Shown one piece after another: positions 9,891 through 18,987 of a DNA stretch of 64,000 nt. The translations under genes were made by a program, and so were the position numbers. Every line of letters begins with the position of its first letter. Positions within the stretch are counted from its first letter, which is position 1. The stretch lies in assembly GCA_949300375.1 (NCBI GenBank), contig CASGEB010000003.1, positions 263-64,262 on the forward strand, written 5' to 3'. The notes below the pieces were generated by a model. That model did not search any database. It saw nothing but the letters and a program-made list of their open reading frames with translations, and had not been told where the DNA came from. The stretch comes from an uncultured Pseudomonadota bacterium (lineage in GTDB: Bacteria; Pseudomonadota; Alphaproteobacteria; RF32; CAG-239).

Positions 9891-11276
9891 TTAAAACGGA
9901 AATTTCAGGTTCTGTCCGCCCGGCAAACCGCCGAACGACCCTTTTTTCATAAACCGGGAAGCCAGGGCGCCCATACCGCCCATTTTTCCCATTCTTTTCA
10001 TCATCGTCGACATCTGCTCATATGATTTGAGCAGCTTGTTAACTTCATGAACTTCTACGCCGGAACCCGCCGCAATCCTTTTTTTGCGGGAGGCCTTGAT
10101 AATGTCGGGATTTCTTCTTTCCGCTTTGGTCATGGAAAGAATAATCGCCTCTTGTTTTTTAATCAGATTATCGCCGCCGGCGTTCTCAATCTGATTCTTA
10201 AACCCGGAAAGCCCCGGCATCATGCCGATAATGCCGCCCAAACTGCCCAGCTTTTGAAGCTGCCGGAGCTGGGAAAGCATATCTTCCAGGTCAAACTTGC
10301 CCTTGAGCATCTTCTGCGCCATTTTTTCGGCTTCAGTGCGGTCAACGTTTTCAATGGCTTTTTCTACCAGAGAAACAACATCGCCCTGCCCTAAAATCCG
10401 CCCGGCCAGACGCTCGGGATGAAACTCCTCAATCTCATCAATTTTTTCACCGGTTCCCAAAAATTTAATCGGCACTCCGGAAACCATCCGCATCGACAAT
10501 GCCGCGCCAGCCCGGGCCGAACCGTCTATTCTGGTCAGGACAATGCCGGTAAGGCCGACTTTGGCATTAAACTCTTTAGCCACATTGCAGGCATCCTGTC
10601 CGATCATGGCATCGGCAACCAAAAGGGTTTCTGCCGGATTGGAGATTTTTTTAACCTCTACGACCTCGTTCATCAGAGTTTCGTCAATATGCAAACGGCC
10701 GGCCGTATCGAGAATAATCACGTCATAGCCGCCCTTTTTGCCCTCGTTCAACGCCCTTTTGGCAATCTCCGCCGGTTTTTCGCCTTTGACTATCGGCAGA
10801 GAGACGACGCCGATTTGCGATGCCAGCTGCGCCAGCTGCTCCTGCGCCGCCGGACGGTATATGTCCAGCGATGCCAACAAAACTTTTTTGCGGTTTTTGT
10901 CTTTTAAGCGTTTGGCAATCTTGGCCGAGGTTGTGGTTTTGCCGGAGCCTTGCAGTCCGACCATTAAAATGCAAACCGGCGGAACGGCTTTAAAATTTAA
11001 ACCGCAATCTTCCGCTCCCAGCAATTTTACCAGTTCGTCATGAACAATCTTGACGACCATCTGCCCCGGTTTGACGGATTTAACGACTTTTTCGCCCAAA
11101 GCCTCGGTTTTAACCCTGGCAATAAAATCTTTGACAACCGGCAGAGAAACATCTGCTTCCAGCAAAGCGACGCGAATGTCGCGCATGGCTTCGTCAATGT
11201 CTTTTTCATTCAAGACGCCCCGTGAGGTTATCTTAGAAAAAGCAGCGTTTAATTTATCCGTTAAAGCGTCAAACAC
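9891..11276 (-). CDS. ffh: Signal recognition particle protein Ffh
   Basis: GLQGSGKTTT, DTAGR, TRIDGSARAG, M-domain; GTG start with AAGGA RBS. Confidence 0.97.
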   Translation of the reverse strand: MFDALTDKLNAAFSKITSRGVLNEKDIDEAMRDIRVALLEADVSLPVVKDFIARVKTEALGEKVVKSVKPGQMVVKIVHDELVKLLGAEDCGLNFKAVPPVCILMVGLQGSGKTTTSAKIAKRLKDKNRKKVLLASLDIYRPAAQEQLAQLASQIGVVSLPIVKGEKPAEIAKRALNEGKKGGYDVIILDTAGRLHIDETLMNEVVEVKKISNPAETLLVADAMIGQDACNVAKEFNAKVGLTGIVLTRIDGSARAGAALSMRMVSGVPIKFLGTGEKIDEIEEFHPERLAGRILGQGDVVSLVEKAIENVDRTEAEKMAQKMLKGKFDLEDMLSQLRQLQKLGSLGGIIGMMPGLSGFKNQIENAGGDNLIKKQEAIILSMTKAERRNPDIIKASRKKRIAAGSGVEVHEVNKLLKSYEQMSTMMKRMGKMGGMGALASRFMKKGSFGGLPGGQNLKFPF

Positions 11277-11287
11277 TTTTGTTCCTT

Positions 11288-11530
11288 TGCCTACATACTA
11301 TTGCACACCCGGCGGGTGAGGCATCAATGTCAACTCTCTGCCCCGAGAACCGCGTTGCTCCGACATATTTTTTGAACAACTATATGCCTACATACTATTG
11401 CACGCATCGGCGGGTGAGGCATCAATGCCAACTTTCTGCCCCGAGGACCGCGTTGCTCCGACATATTTTTTGAACAACTATATGCCTACATACTATTGCA
11501 CGCCAGTGTGCGAACCCTCGCTGACTGGCG
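11288..11530 (+). repeat. Tandem 97/98-bp repeat (2 full units + 19-bp third start) built of alternating 46/52-nt cassettes, ending in a hairpin; locus B
   Basis: TGCCTACATACTATTGCAC at 11288, 11385, 11483; CAACTnTnTGCC at 11331, 11377, 11429, 11475; hairpin CGCCAGT…ACTGGCG at ~11501-11530. Confidence 0.9.
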
Positions 11531-11780
11531 GCACTCCTCGGAGTGTTATCAAAAATTCCATACCTTTAAAAGGAGAAATCTGTTTATATTTATGCGCTTT
11601 TATACCGGTATTCTTTTTAACAGTCAAGAACTTTTTGTATAGATTACAGCATATTGTTTCAACAAATTCTGCCTTTATACAAATGTCCGACAAAATCAAT
11701 ATATGATTTTTCAAAACGTATTGGATTATTATTGTTTTTGTGTTATACTTAGAGATATATAACTTTTTAGGAGAACAGAA

Positions 11781-13361
11781 ATGTTAACACGCGATGAAAT
11801 CAGAGAAGCCAGAAAAGGCAGCATTACAGAAATGATTACAAACATGGGTTTTAACCGGGATTCATTTTTATATTTGAATATGAACGACCAAAGACAAATG
11901 GATTCCGGACAATCTATCGGCGGTTTTGAAGATGTTTTCAAAATGGATGGGCAAGTCTACGGTGCAAATTCTCAGGCTGTCGGCATTACCGGCTCCAACA
12001 ACGGAACTTATGCCGCTTATCTTCCCGGCGGACAATATATTGTTACGCAAGACCGGAAAATTATTGAAGCTTTGCAGGAAAAATGCCATTTTCAAGACGG
12101 CGGGCTGGGCGTTATCCTTTCCAACGGCGAACGTTTTTCTTCTTCCTATGATAATGAGCAGTGGGAAAAAGTCAAAACAGAATGCGCCCGCATTAACCGC
12201 AACAACGAATGGGAGTATAACCGACAGCAGGAAGCCAAGGCTTTTGACGGCGTGAGCTTTGAAGGTTATACGTTTAAGTACCGTGAAGGAAAAGAAGGAA
12301 AACTGTCTAATACGGCCGGAGAAATCAAAACACCGAGCGGAAAGACATTTTCAATAAACAGTTTTTATTTTGAAAATGACAATAAATACGGAAAAATGGC
12401 GCAAGAATTTTCTTCCAAAGAATTTGAGGAAAAAATTTATAAAGGCGAAATCAGCAAAGACGAGGTTATGAGCCGGATGGACGGCGCCGACAAAGCCGGA
12501 AAAGAGTTTGAGGAAAGCAAAGGACGCTTAAAAACGGCTCAGGAAAAACTGGACAGGGTTCAAAAAGAACTTGATAACAGCCGCCTTGAAGAAACAAATC
12601 TGAGTCAAGTTGATGAGAAGATAAAAGCCGTACAAGCCAAGCTTAAAGATTATCTGGACAAGAATCCGAAAAAAGCACCGGAACTGCAGGCTTATATTTC
12701 AGATATTATAAAATCGGCTACACAGGGCAAAGACCCCGAAATGAAAAATCCACTGGAACCCAAAGGCTTTTTCGGAAAAACAAAGGCTTTTCTGTTCGGA
12801 CGGAAGATAAGTGTTGAGGGTGTGGGGTTGGAAACGGCTATGAGTTCTTTGCAATCTACCCTGAAAAGAAACCCCGATGCCGTTAAAAATACTGCCGAAG
12901 ATAAAGATTTTTCTTTAGACGGCTTCGGCAAAAAAATCGAGAGCCATTTAAAAGAGGTTTCCGACAAAGTGAAACAGAACACAAATGCCAGAGAAGATGC
13001 CGGGAAATCTCTGGAAGCCACGGAAGACGCCGTGGCCAGAAACGCTTTTCACGTGGCAAAATTCAACAAATTGAAAGACACGGTATCAAAAATTTTCGGC
13101 GACAAGGAAGCAGCCAAAGAAATTGAGCTTAAAAGCACCGCCCGCGATACGACCGGCATAAAAGACATTAATACCAACAGCGGCATTGACAAGCTGGCGG
13201 AAAAAGCGAAAGCAATGGAAGGAATGACTGCCGGACAGCGCTTGGAGCAAAGGATGAGCCAGTTGCGCGGCATGGCAAAAGAAGAACCGAAAAAAGCCGT
13301 TGCCCGCAAAGTAGATTCCAACACGGTCAAACGGGCAATGGACAACAAGATGAGAGATTGA
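11781..13361 (+). CDS. Large Lys/Glu-rich coiled-coil hypothetical protein
   Basis: 526 aa, AGGAG RBS, no signal peptide or TM, long heptad-like central region. Confidence 0.85.
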   Translation: MLTRDEIREARKGSITEMITNMGFNRDSFLYLNMNDQRQMDSGQSIGGFEDVFKMDGQVYGANSQAVGITGSNNGTYAAYLPGGQYIVTQDRKIIEALQEKCHFQDGGLGVILSNGERFSSSYDNEQWEKVKTECARINRNNEWEYNRQQEAKAFDGVSFEGYTFKYREGKEGKLSNTAGEIKTPSGKTFSINSFYFENDNKYGKMAQEFSSKEFEEKIYKGEISKDEVMSRMDGADKAGKEFEESKGRLKTAQEKLDRVQKELDNSRLEETNLSQVDEKIKAVQAKLKDYLDKNPKKAPELQAYISDIIKSATQGKDPEMKNPLEPKGFFGKTKAFLFGRKISVEGVGLETAMSSLQSTLKRNPDAVKNTAEDKDFSLDGFGKKIESHLKEVSDKVKQNTNAREDAGKSLEATEDAVARNAFHVAKFNKLKDTVSKIFGDKEAAKEIELKSTARDTTGIKDINTNSGIDKLAEKAKAMEGMTAGQRLEQRMSQLRGMAKEEPKKAVARKVDSNTVKRAMDNKMRD

Positions 13362-13488
13362 TTTTCTTCGGCAGCCCTGCCCCCAAGACTTGAACTTTTC
13401 CGGAGTTTGGAAAAGTTTTTATCCTCCGTTATTGATAACCACAAATTCGGACATATTTAAATGGCAATTGCCATAAGAGGGGAAAAAT

Positions 13489-15123
13489 ATGAAAGTCGTG
13501 ATTATCGGAGGCGGAACGGCCGGGCTTGCCACAGCAACAAAACTGCGACGACTGGATGAAAATGCCGAAATCGTCATTCTGGAAAAATCTGCCGAGTTTG
13601 CCGTATCAAACTGCGCGCTGCCTTATTATCTTTCCGGTCAGATTTCCAAGCGCGAGAACCTTATCGGAATTTCAGCAGAGGGGCTGAAAAGCCGTTATAA
13701 CATTACCGCTCGAACCAATTGCGAGGTTATTGACATTAACCGGCAGGAAAAAACGCTCAAACTTGCAGGCAAAGATAATGAACTTTATGACAAGCTGGTC
13801 ATTGCCACCGGAGCGGTGCAGCTGCGTCCGGATATTGCAGGTATTCTTTCGGAAAAGGTTTTTACCATAAAATCTTTAGGTTCCATTGATAAAATCAAAG
13901 ACTTTATAAAATACAACAAGCCGGGACGCGCCGTTATTCTCGGCGGCGGGTTTATCGGGATTGAAACCGCCGAAGCCCTTGCCCGTCTCGGCATTAAAAT
14001 TTTAATTATCGAAGCAGGAAAACACATTCTGCCGTTTCTGGATGCCGATACGGCCGCTCTGGTTCAACAGGAGACGGAACGACACGGCATCAAAGTTCTT
14101 ACCGGATGCAGCATTGCTTCGTTCGGCGACGAGGACGTCCGGCTCAGCAACGGCAGCCGCTTGAAATATGATATGGCTATTGTCGCAACCGGCGTTCGTC
14201 CGGATGTGAAACTTCCGGTTTTGGCAGGCATTCAGCTCGGCGATAACGGAGGCATTGCCGTTAACGAACAAATGCAGACAAGCGACGGCAATATTTATGC
14301 CGTGGGCGATACGGTCGAAATCGGCAATTTAACGACCGGGCAAAAAGAATTGCGCTATAATGCCGGTCTCAGCATTAAAGAAGCGGCCTGTGCCGCGGCA
14401 GCTTTGGCCGGAAAAAAATGTCGTTTTTCGCTGATTGCCGGAACATCCGTTACGCCGGTATTTGATTTGACAGCGGCCTCTGCCGGCTGCAACGAGGCTC
14501 TTTTGCAAAAATCCGGTATTGCCTATAAAAAACTGCATCTTTGGGGCAGAACATCTTCTCCGCAGATGGACGACTCGTCTGAAATTCTGCTCAAGCTTTT
14601 GTTTTCCGAAAGCGGTAAAATCCTCGGACTGCAAGGAGTTGGAAAATACGGCGTAGACAAGCGGATTGACGTGGCGGCGCAAATCATCAGAAAACAAGGA
14701 GATTTTACTGATTTGGAAAATGCCGAGATTGCTTATGCTCCGGCTTATGCCTCTGCTTTTGACACCATTAATCAACTCGGCTCTCTGGCCGGCAGTGTGC
14801 TGAACGGTTCGCTCAAACTGATTATGCCGGAAGAGCTTGACCTTATCAGAGAAAAGGCCATGTTAATTGATATCCGCGAGCCGGAAACCTTTGCCGAAAA
14901 ACATCTGGATGGCGCCATTAATCTGCCTTTATATGCCATCCGCCAAAATCTGGACAGTATTCCACACGACAAGATGGTTATTGTCTACTGTATGCACGGC
15001 CGAGGTTCTTATCATGCGGCAATTCTGCTCAAAAACCGCGGATTTGATAATGTATATATGCTTTCCGGCGGAATGAAACTTTATGATTTGATATCTCAAA
15101 CATATTTTAACAAGAAAGGATAA
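13489..15123 (+). CDS. CoA-disulfide reductase-like FAD oxidoreductase with C-terminal rhodanese domain
   Basis: GGGTAG FAD motif, redox Cys in SNCALPYY, GGGFIG NAD(P) motif, AVGD, rhodanese IVYCMHG…LSGG. Confidence 0.88.
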   Translation: MKVVIIGGGTAGLATATKLRRLDENAEIVILEKSAEFAVSNCALPYYLSGQISKRENLIGISAEGLKSRYNITARTNCEVIDINRQEKTLKLAGKDNELYDKLVIATGAVQLRPDIAGILSEKVFTIKSLGSIDKIKDFIKYNKPGRAVILGGGFIGIETAEALARLGIKILIIEAGKHILPFLDADTAALVQQETERHGIKVLTGCSIASFGDEDVRLSNGSRLKYDMAIVATGVRPDVKLPVLAGIQLGDNGGIAVNEQMQTSDGNIYAVGDTVEIGNLTTGQKELRYNAGLSIKEAACAAAALAGKKCRFSLIAGTSVTPVFDLTAASAGCNEALLQKSGIAYKKLHLWGRTSSPQMDDSSEILLKLLFSESGKILGLQGVGKYGVDKRIDVAAQIIRKQGDFTDLENAEIAYAPAYASAFDTINQLGSLAGSVLNGSLKLIMPEELDLIREKAMLIDIREPETFAEKHLDGAINLPLYAIRQNLDSIPHDKMVIVYCMHGRGSYHAAILLKNRGFDNVYMLSGGMKLYDLISQTYFNKKG

Positions 15124-15128
15124 AAAAA

Positions 15129-15428
15129 ATGAAACATCTTTTTTTAGTTCTTCCCTTTCTGGTGGCAGCCTGCGCCAGTAATGTGGAAGTTACGCGCGAA
15201 ACCGAATATAAATGCGGAGAAAAAATCGTTCAAGCCGATTTTTTGGATGACGATTCAATGATTCTGCGGATTGACGGCATAAATAACGTGTTGGTAAAAG
15301 TTGCCGCGACTTCGGGAAAACGTTTTGAAAATTCGGCCTCTCAAGTTACTTTTATGCAGCAGAACGGCGATTATTATCTTTCCATTTCCGGACATAATTA
15401 TCCGGTTTGCCAGGAAATCAGCCGTTAG
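15129..15428 (+). CDS. MliC/PliC-like lysozyme-inhibitor lipoprotein
   Basis: Lipobox LVAAC; YKC…ATSGKRF…C pattern resembling the MliC SGxxY motif and disulfide. Confidence 0.7.
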   Translation: MKHLFLVLPFLVAACASNVEVTRETEYKCGEKIVQADFLDDDSMILRIDGINNVLVKVAATSGKRFENSASQVTFMQQNGDYYLSISGHNYPVCQEISR

Positions 15429-15568
15429 CCGGAAACGAGGAACGCCATACATGAGTAAAGAGAAACAAACTTATTTATCTTTAATGAATAAGTTTTAATC
15501 ATAAGAAAAAATAAAGGATTAAATATTATTCTAAACTAAATTTTGGATAATAAAAAGGAGTTCAAACA

Positions 15569-15970
15569 ATGAAATTATGGTAAAAAGAAGCTCTTGTATT
15601 GGGCGGTATATACGGTGTTTTAGAAACTCCTTTTTCTTTGTTAAGGTTTGAGCTTATTTCCGATGTTGTATTTTTATCGTTCATCGTTTGCGCAATAATG
15701 CTCCTTTTTAATAAAACACCGGGATTTATTTCTTTTGTTATGAGCAAATATCCGCAAACCGCATATTATCTGGCTGCGATTGGCTGGATTCCTTATCTTA
15801 TGATTATTATCGGTTTTGCAATAATAGGCTGTTATCAGATTTTCGGTTATACGGGCGTTATGTTGGAATATTTGTTGTTCGGATTAGCTATTTCAGCACT
15901 TCTTGCCGCCGTTGTTTCTTTGATTGTCGCTTATATCGCGACCAGCAAAAGAAAGACGAATAAAAAGTAA
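15569..15970 (+). pseudogene. Multi-TM membrane protein with an in-frame TAA at codon 5 (or TTG start at 15599)
   Basis: AAGGAG-N8-ATG(15569) AAA TTA TGG TAA AAA GAA…, in frame with the 123-aa hydrophobic ORF. Confidence 0.55.
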
Positions 15971-15986
15971 ATTTGAGCTGAGGTCG

Positions 15987-16230
15987 TCTACGAGTTCAAA
16001 TCTCGGAGCTCGCATACTAAAACACCAAAACCCTCCAACGGAGGGTAAATATATTGGCGCGACCCCAACGGATTAGGGACTCCCGCTGGCGGGGCCTCCT
16101 TGCGCCGTAAGCCTCGCGCTTCTTAAAATCGCGCTCGCCAACTACCCGCTTCGAACTCTACGAGTTCAAATCTCGGAGTTCGCATACTAAAACACCAAAA
16201 CCCTCCAACGGAGGGTTTTGGTGTTTTAGT
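15987..16230. repeat. 60-bp direct repeat (15987-16046 / 16157-16216, 1 mismatch) with tRNA-Glu-derived pieces and a 21-bp-stem hairpin
   Basis: Copies 170 nt apart; ACTAAAACACCAAAACCCTCC-AAC-GGAGGGTTTTGGTGTTTTAGT perfect hairpin; GACCCCAACG and TTCGAACTC match the tRNA-Glu 3' arm. Confidence 0.85.
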
Positions 16231-16257
16231 GGCGATGCTTAACTCACGGTTTACGAA

Positions 16258-17136
16258 TTAAATGGATAAACAATTATGTTGTTTTAATTTTTGATTAATG
16301 ATAATGGTTTGAATATGTTGCTTTCCTTCTTTTTGTAAAATCAATCCATTCATAACATCATCTTTAGGCATTCTAATTATATCAGCTACCGCTTTAGTTT
16401 TATCCTCCCAGTTATAATTATCAATTTTTGAAAATTCGTTCAGCATAAAATTTGTAGCATCAAACTTGTTAAGCCCATATATGTTTTCTACTCGTTTTGT
16501 ATATGCCAACATCCATAAATAAACTGACATATAAGATTTTAACTGCTGTGTTTCTCGCCCATCCATTTCATCGACGGCAAACATTCCTTTTTGGTTGAGA
16601 AATGTCATACTAAGCATATTTTCTTCTTGAAAAGAAGTAATTGATTTTTGGTGTTTTAAATTTCTTTCCTCATATCCCATTAAATAATGGGGCACTAATT
16701 CTGCAAATCCTTCACTTATTTGTCCTAAATTACGAAAATACCCGCCATGAATAACGTGTGCAAGTTCATGAGTTAATCCTATCCTAGATTGGAAATCAGG
16801 ATTTTTAAATCCATTTGCAAACCAATTATAATCAACACATAAACTTAATGGATAATTTTTATCAAGCTGAATAGGAGCTTCACACATTCCTTCTTCAATA
16901 GGTAACCCAACGGTGGAAGAAAATTCTTTTCCAGTAGGAACAATCAAAAAACTAAAGCACAATGGTTGTTTGAAATTAATAGGTAAATTGGCAATATTAT
17001 TTGCTAATTTATCCATAGTTTTTACAAAATCTTTTCCAATAGCATTTATATTATACTGCTCTATCATATTATTTTTTAGAGCAATTCGTATATTATCTGT
17101 AACATCAAATATTTTGTAATCTTTTATTTGTATCAT
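16258..17136 (-). CDS. Low-GC gluzincin-type zinc metallopeptidase-like protein
   Basis: THELAHVIH (HExxH) followed by SEGFAE third-ligand motif; visibly more AT-rich than its neighbours. Confidence 0.7.
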   Translation of the reverse strand: MIQIKDYKIFDVTDNIRIALKNNMIEQYNINAIGKDFVKTMDKLANNIANLPINFKQPLCFSFLIVPTGKEFSSTVGLPIEEGMCEAPIQLDKNYPLSLCVDYNWFANGFKNPDFQSRIGLTHELAHVIHGGYFRNLGQISEGFAELVPHYLMGYEERNLKHQKSITSFQEENMLSMTFLNQKGMFAVDEMDGRETQQLKSYMSVYLWMLAYTKRVENIYGLNKFDATNFMLNEFSKIDNYNWEDKTKAVADIIRMPKDDVMNGLILQKEGKQHIQTIIINQKLKQHNCLSI

Positions 17137-17422
17137 TAAGTTAACTTCATAAATAGGAATTATTATATCGACGAATAAGTATATTATATCAAAGGATATA
17201 ACAAATTTATATAAAAATTTTTTAAATTTTCATTTTAGTAGAAACTAATCCAATGTTTTAAAAATCAGAAAATCGAATAACACATTGAAAAACAAATAAA
17301 CAAGATTAAAAAAGTTCGGACAAATTGAAAAAATGATGATTTTTGAAAATTAAACATCCGAACTTGATGAAAGCCTTGGAAATAAAAGAAAAAGCAGCCA
17401 TTTTCATGACTGCTGTTTGAAT

Positions 17423-17498
17423 TGGTGACCCCAACGAGATTCGAACTCGTGTTCCCACCGTGAAAGGGTGGTGTCCTAGGCCTCTAGACGATGGGGTC
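17423..17498 (-). tRNA. tRNA-Glu (TTC)
   Basis: GACCCCA…TGGGGTC-ACCA acceptor, CCACC-CT-TTC-AC-GGTGG anticodon arm, GAGTTCGAATCTC T-arm; 76 nt. Confidence 0.97.
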
Positions 17499-17579
17499 TT
17501 TAGAAACTAGCTGCATATATAAAGGTTATTTTTATTCCGGTCAAGATATTTTTTCAGATTTTTGTATTTTTTTTGTTTT

Positions 17580-18794
17580 TTACTGCGGAATGCCCGTTAC
17601 TTCAACGATTTTGCTCATCGGCACCAATTTTATTCCCTTTTTTTCAAGTTCCGGCAGCCAGGCCGCCAAAGCCTGATATGTTCCGCTTTTCGGATGCCCG
17701 ATTGCCACAGCATAGCCGTTCTTTCTGGCAATCCGTTCCGCCAGGCGCAACTGGCCGTTAATATAATCAACGTTGTTTTCATTATCCAAAAAAACATGCC
17801 GGTGTGCATAAACTACACCGTGTTTTCCGGCTTCTTGTCTACCGACAGAACGAGCCGACGTTTTGGAATCCAAAAAAAACAGCCCATGTTCTTTTAAAAC
17901 TTCCATAACCGCACCCAGACGTTCCGAATCTTCCGTAAACAGGCTTCCCATATGATTATTGATACCTTTGATGCCGTCAAATTTGGACAACATTGCTTCA
18001 AGGCGCTCTCTGATTTCTTCCGGCGGCATTTTTGTAGTCAGAACATCCGGCGCCGCATCTTTGTTGCTTTTGGCCTGCATCGGAACGTGAATCATAATCT
18101 CGTGTCCTGCCGACCGGGCTGCCGCCACTTGTTCCGGAAGCTTGCGGGCATAGGTCAGAAAAGACGAAGTCAGCGGCGCTTTCAAAGATATAATATCCGA
18201 CGTGCGTTTCGGGCTTATTCCCATATCGTCAATTACAACGGCAATGACCGGCTGCGGCCCGAAATACAGAGGGCGCTTGGACGGTAATATTCCCATTTCA
18301 CGAATATTGCGATGACCATGGTAAATATGATAATCTTTACCATATTGGCGTATGGTTTCAGCATCTGACATTTCCTCTTCTTCCAGATAAGCTTCCGACG
18401 GGAGTTCTTCTTCATAGGTTTCTTCAATCTTATCCATTTCGGTAATGTCATTGATGGTGGCAGGGTCTTCTTCTGGATTGAGAAGCCTGACTGCCAAATC
18501 GGCATTAAAATCTTCAGAATTAATGATAAAAACTTCTTCATTTTCGGGGACATTTTCAGGATGGGAGAGAAAAGCCGCACTGCTGTTAATACAGCTCAGT
18601 CCTTCAGGACATGGCTGTGTTTCTGTTTTTTCAGCGTCATTCATTTGGTTTATTTCTATTTTTGCGCCAACACTTTCAGGAACGCTTTCAGGATGCACGT
18701 TCTCAATAGTTTCAAAGAAAAACCAGGTAAAAGAAAAAGCCAAAAAACTTCCCAGCAAAATCCGGCACAGCATCCGAATCCGGTTAAAAAACAT
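17580..18794 (-). CDS. Divergent polysaccharide deacetylase family protein (YibQ/DUF610) with acidic linker
   Basis: IAVVIDDMG, HEIMIHVPMQ, GINNHMGS, FFLDSKT, RHVFLDN, AVAIGHP; N-terminal TM. Confidence 0.92.
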   Translation of the reverse strand: MFFNRIRMLCRILLGSFLAFSFTWFFFETIENVHPESVPESVGAKIEINQMNDAEKTETQPCPEGLSCINSSAAFLSHPENVPENEEVFIINSEDFNADLAVRLLNPEEDPATINDITEMDKIEETYEEELPSEAYLEEEEMSDAETIRQYGKDYHIYHGHRNIREMGILPSKRPLYFGPQPVIAVVIDDMGISPKRTSDIISLKAPLTSSFLTYARKLPEQVAAARSAGHEIMIHVPMQAKSNKDAAPDVLTTKMPPEEIRERLEAMLSKFDGIKGINNHMGSLFTEDSERLGAVMEVLKEHGLFFLDSKTSARSVGRQEAGKHGVVYAHRHVFLDNENNVDYINGQLRLAERIARKNGYAVAIGHPKSGTYQALAAWLPELEKKGIKLVPMSKIVEVTGIPQ

Positions 18795-18937
18795 TGAGCG
18801 TTCCCGCCAGTCTTTTTTTTGAAAAAACAAAAGTACAATCCTTTTTTGACACAGAAATTGCGTTTCTGTGCGGATTGTAAACACTGTCTTGAAAATTTTC
18901 AAGAAATATATCTTTTTTTTGCAAAAAATGACTGGAT

Positions 18938-18952
18938 TTAAACGGTTTTTAA
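18938..18952 (+). promoter_or_regulatory. CtrA-type box TTAA-N7-TTAA
   Basis: TTAA ACGGTTT TTAA, 36 nt before the 18988 ORF; short motif in AT-rich DNA, could be chance. Confidence 0.4.
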
Positions 18953-18987
18953 GACTATATTGTTATTGAAAATTAGAGGGATAAGAG

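Noticed and set aside
11288-11530. SRP RNA (ffs) upstream of ffh
   Set aside because: No helix-8 signature with GNRA tetraloop and GGAA/AGCA internal loop; the sequence is a tandem duplication.
11279-11714. Short ORFs 11279-11473, 11398-11706 and 11493-11714
   Set aside because: Translations of the tandem repeat or promoter region, with no RBS or coding signature.
15451-15498. 15-aa ORF MSKEKQTYLSLMNKF with GAGGA upstream
   Set aside because: Too short to support from sequence alone; could be a remnant.
16153-16167. LexA-like GAAC-N7-GTTC
   Set aside because: An inverted arrangement inside the tRNA-derived hairpin, not the alphaproteobacterial direct repeat.
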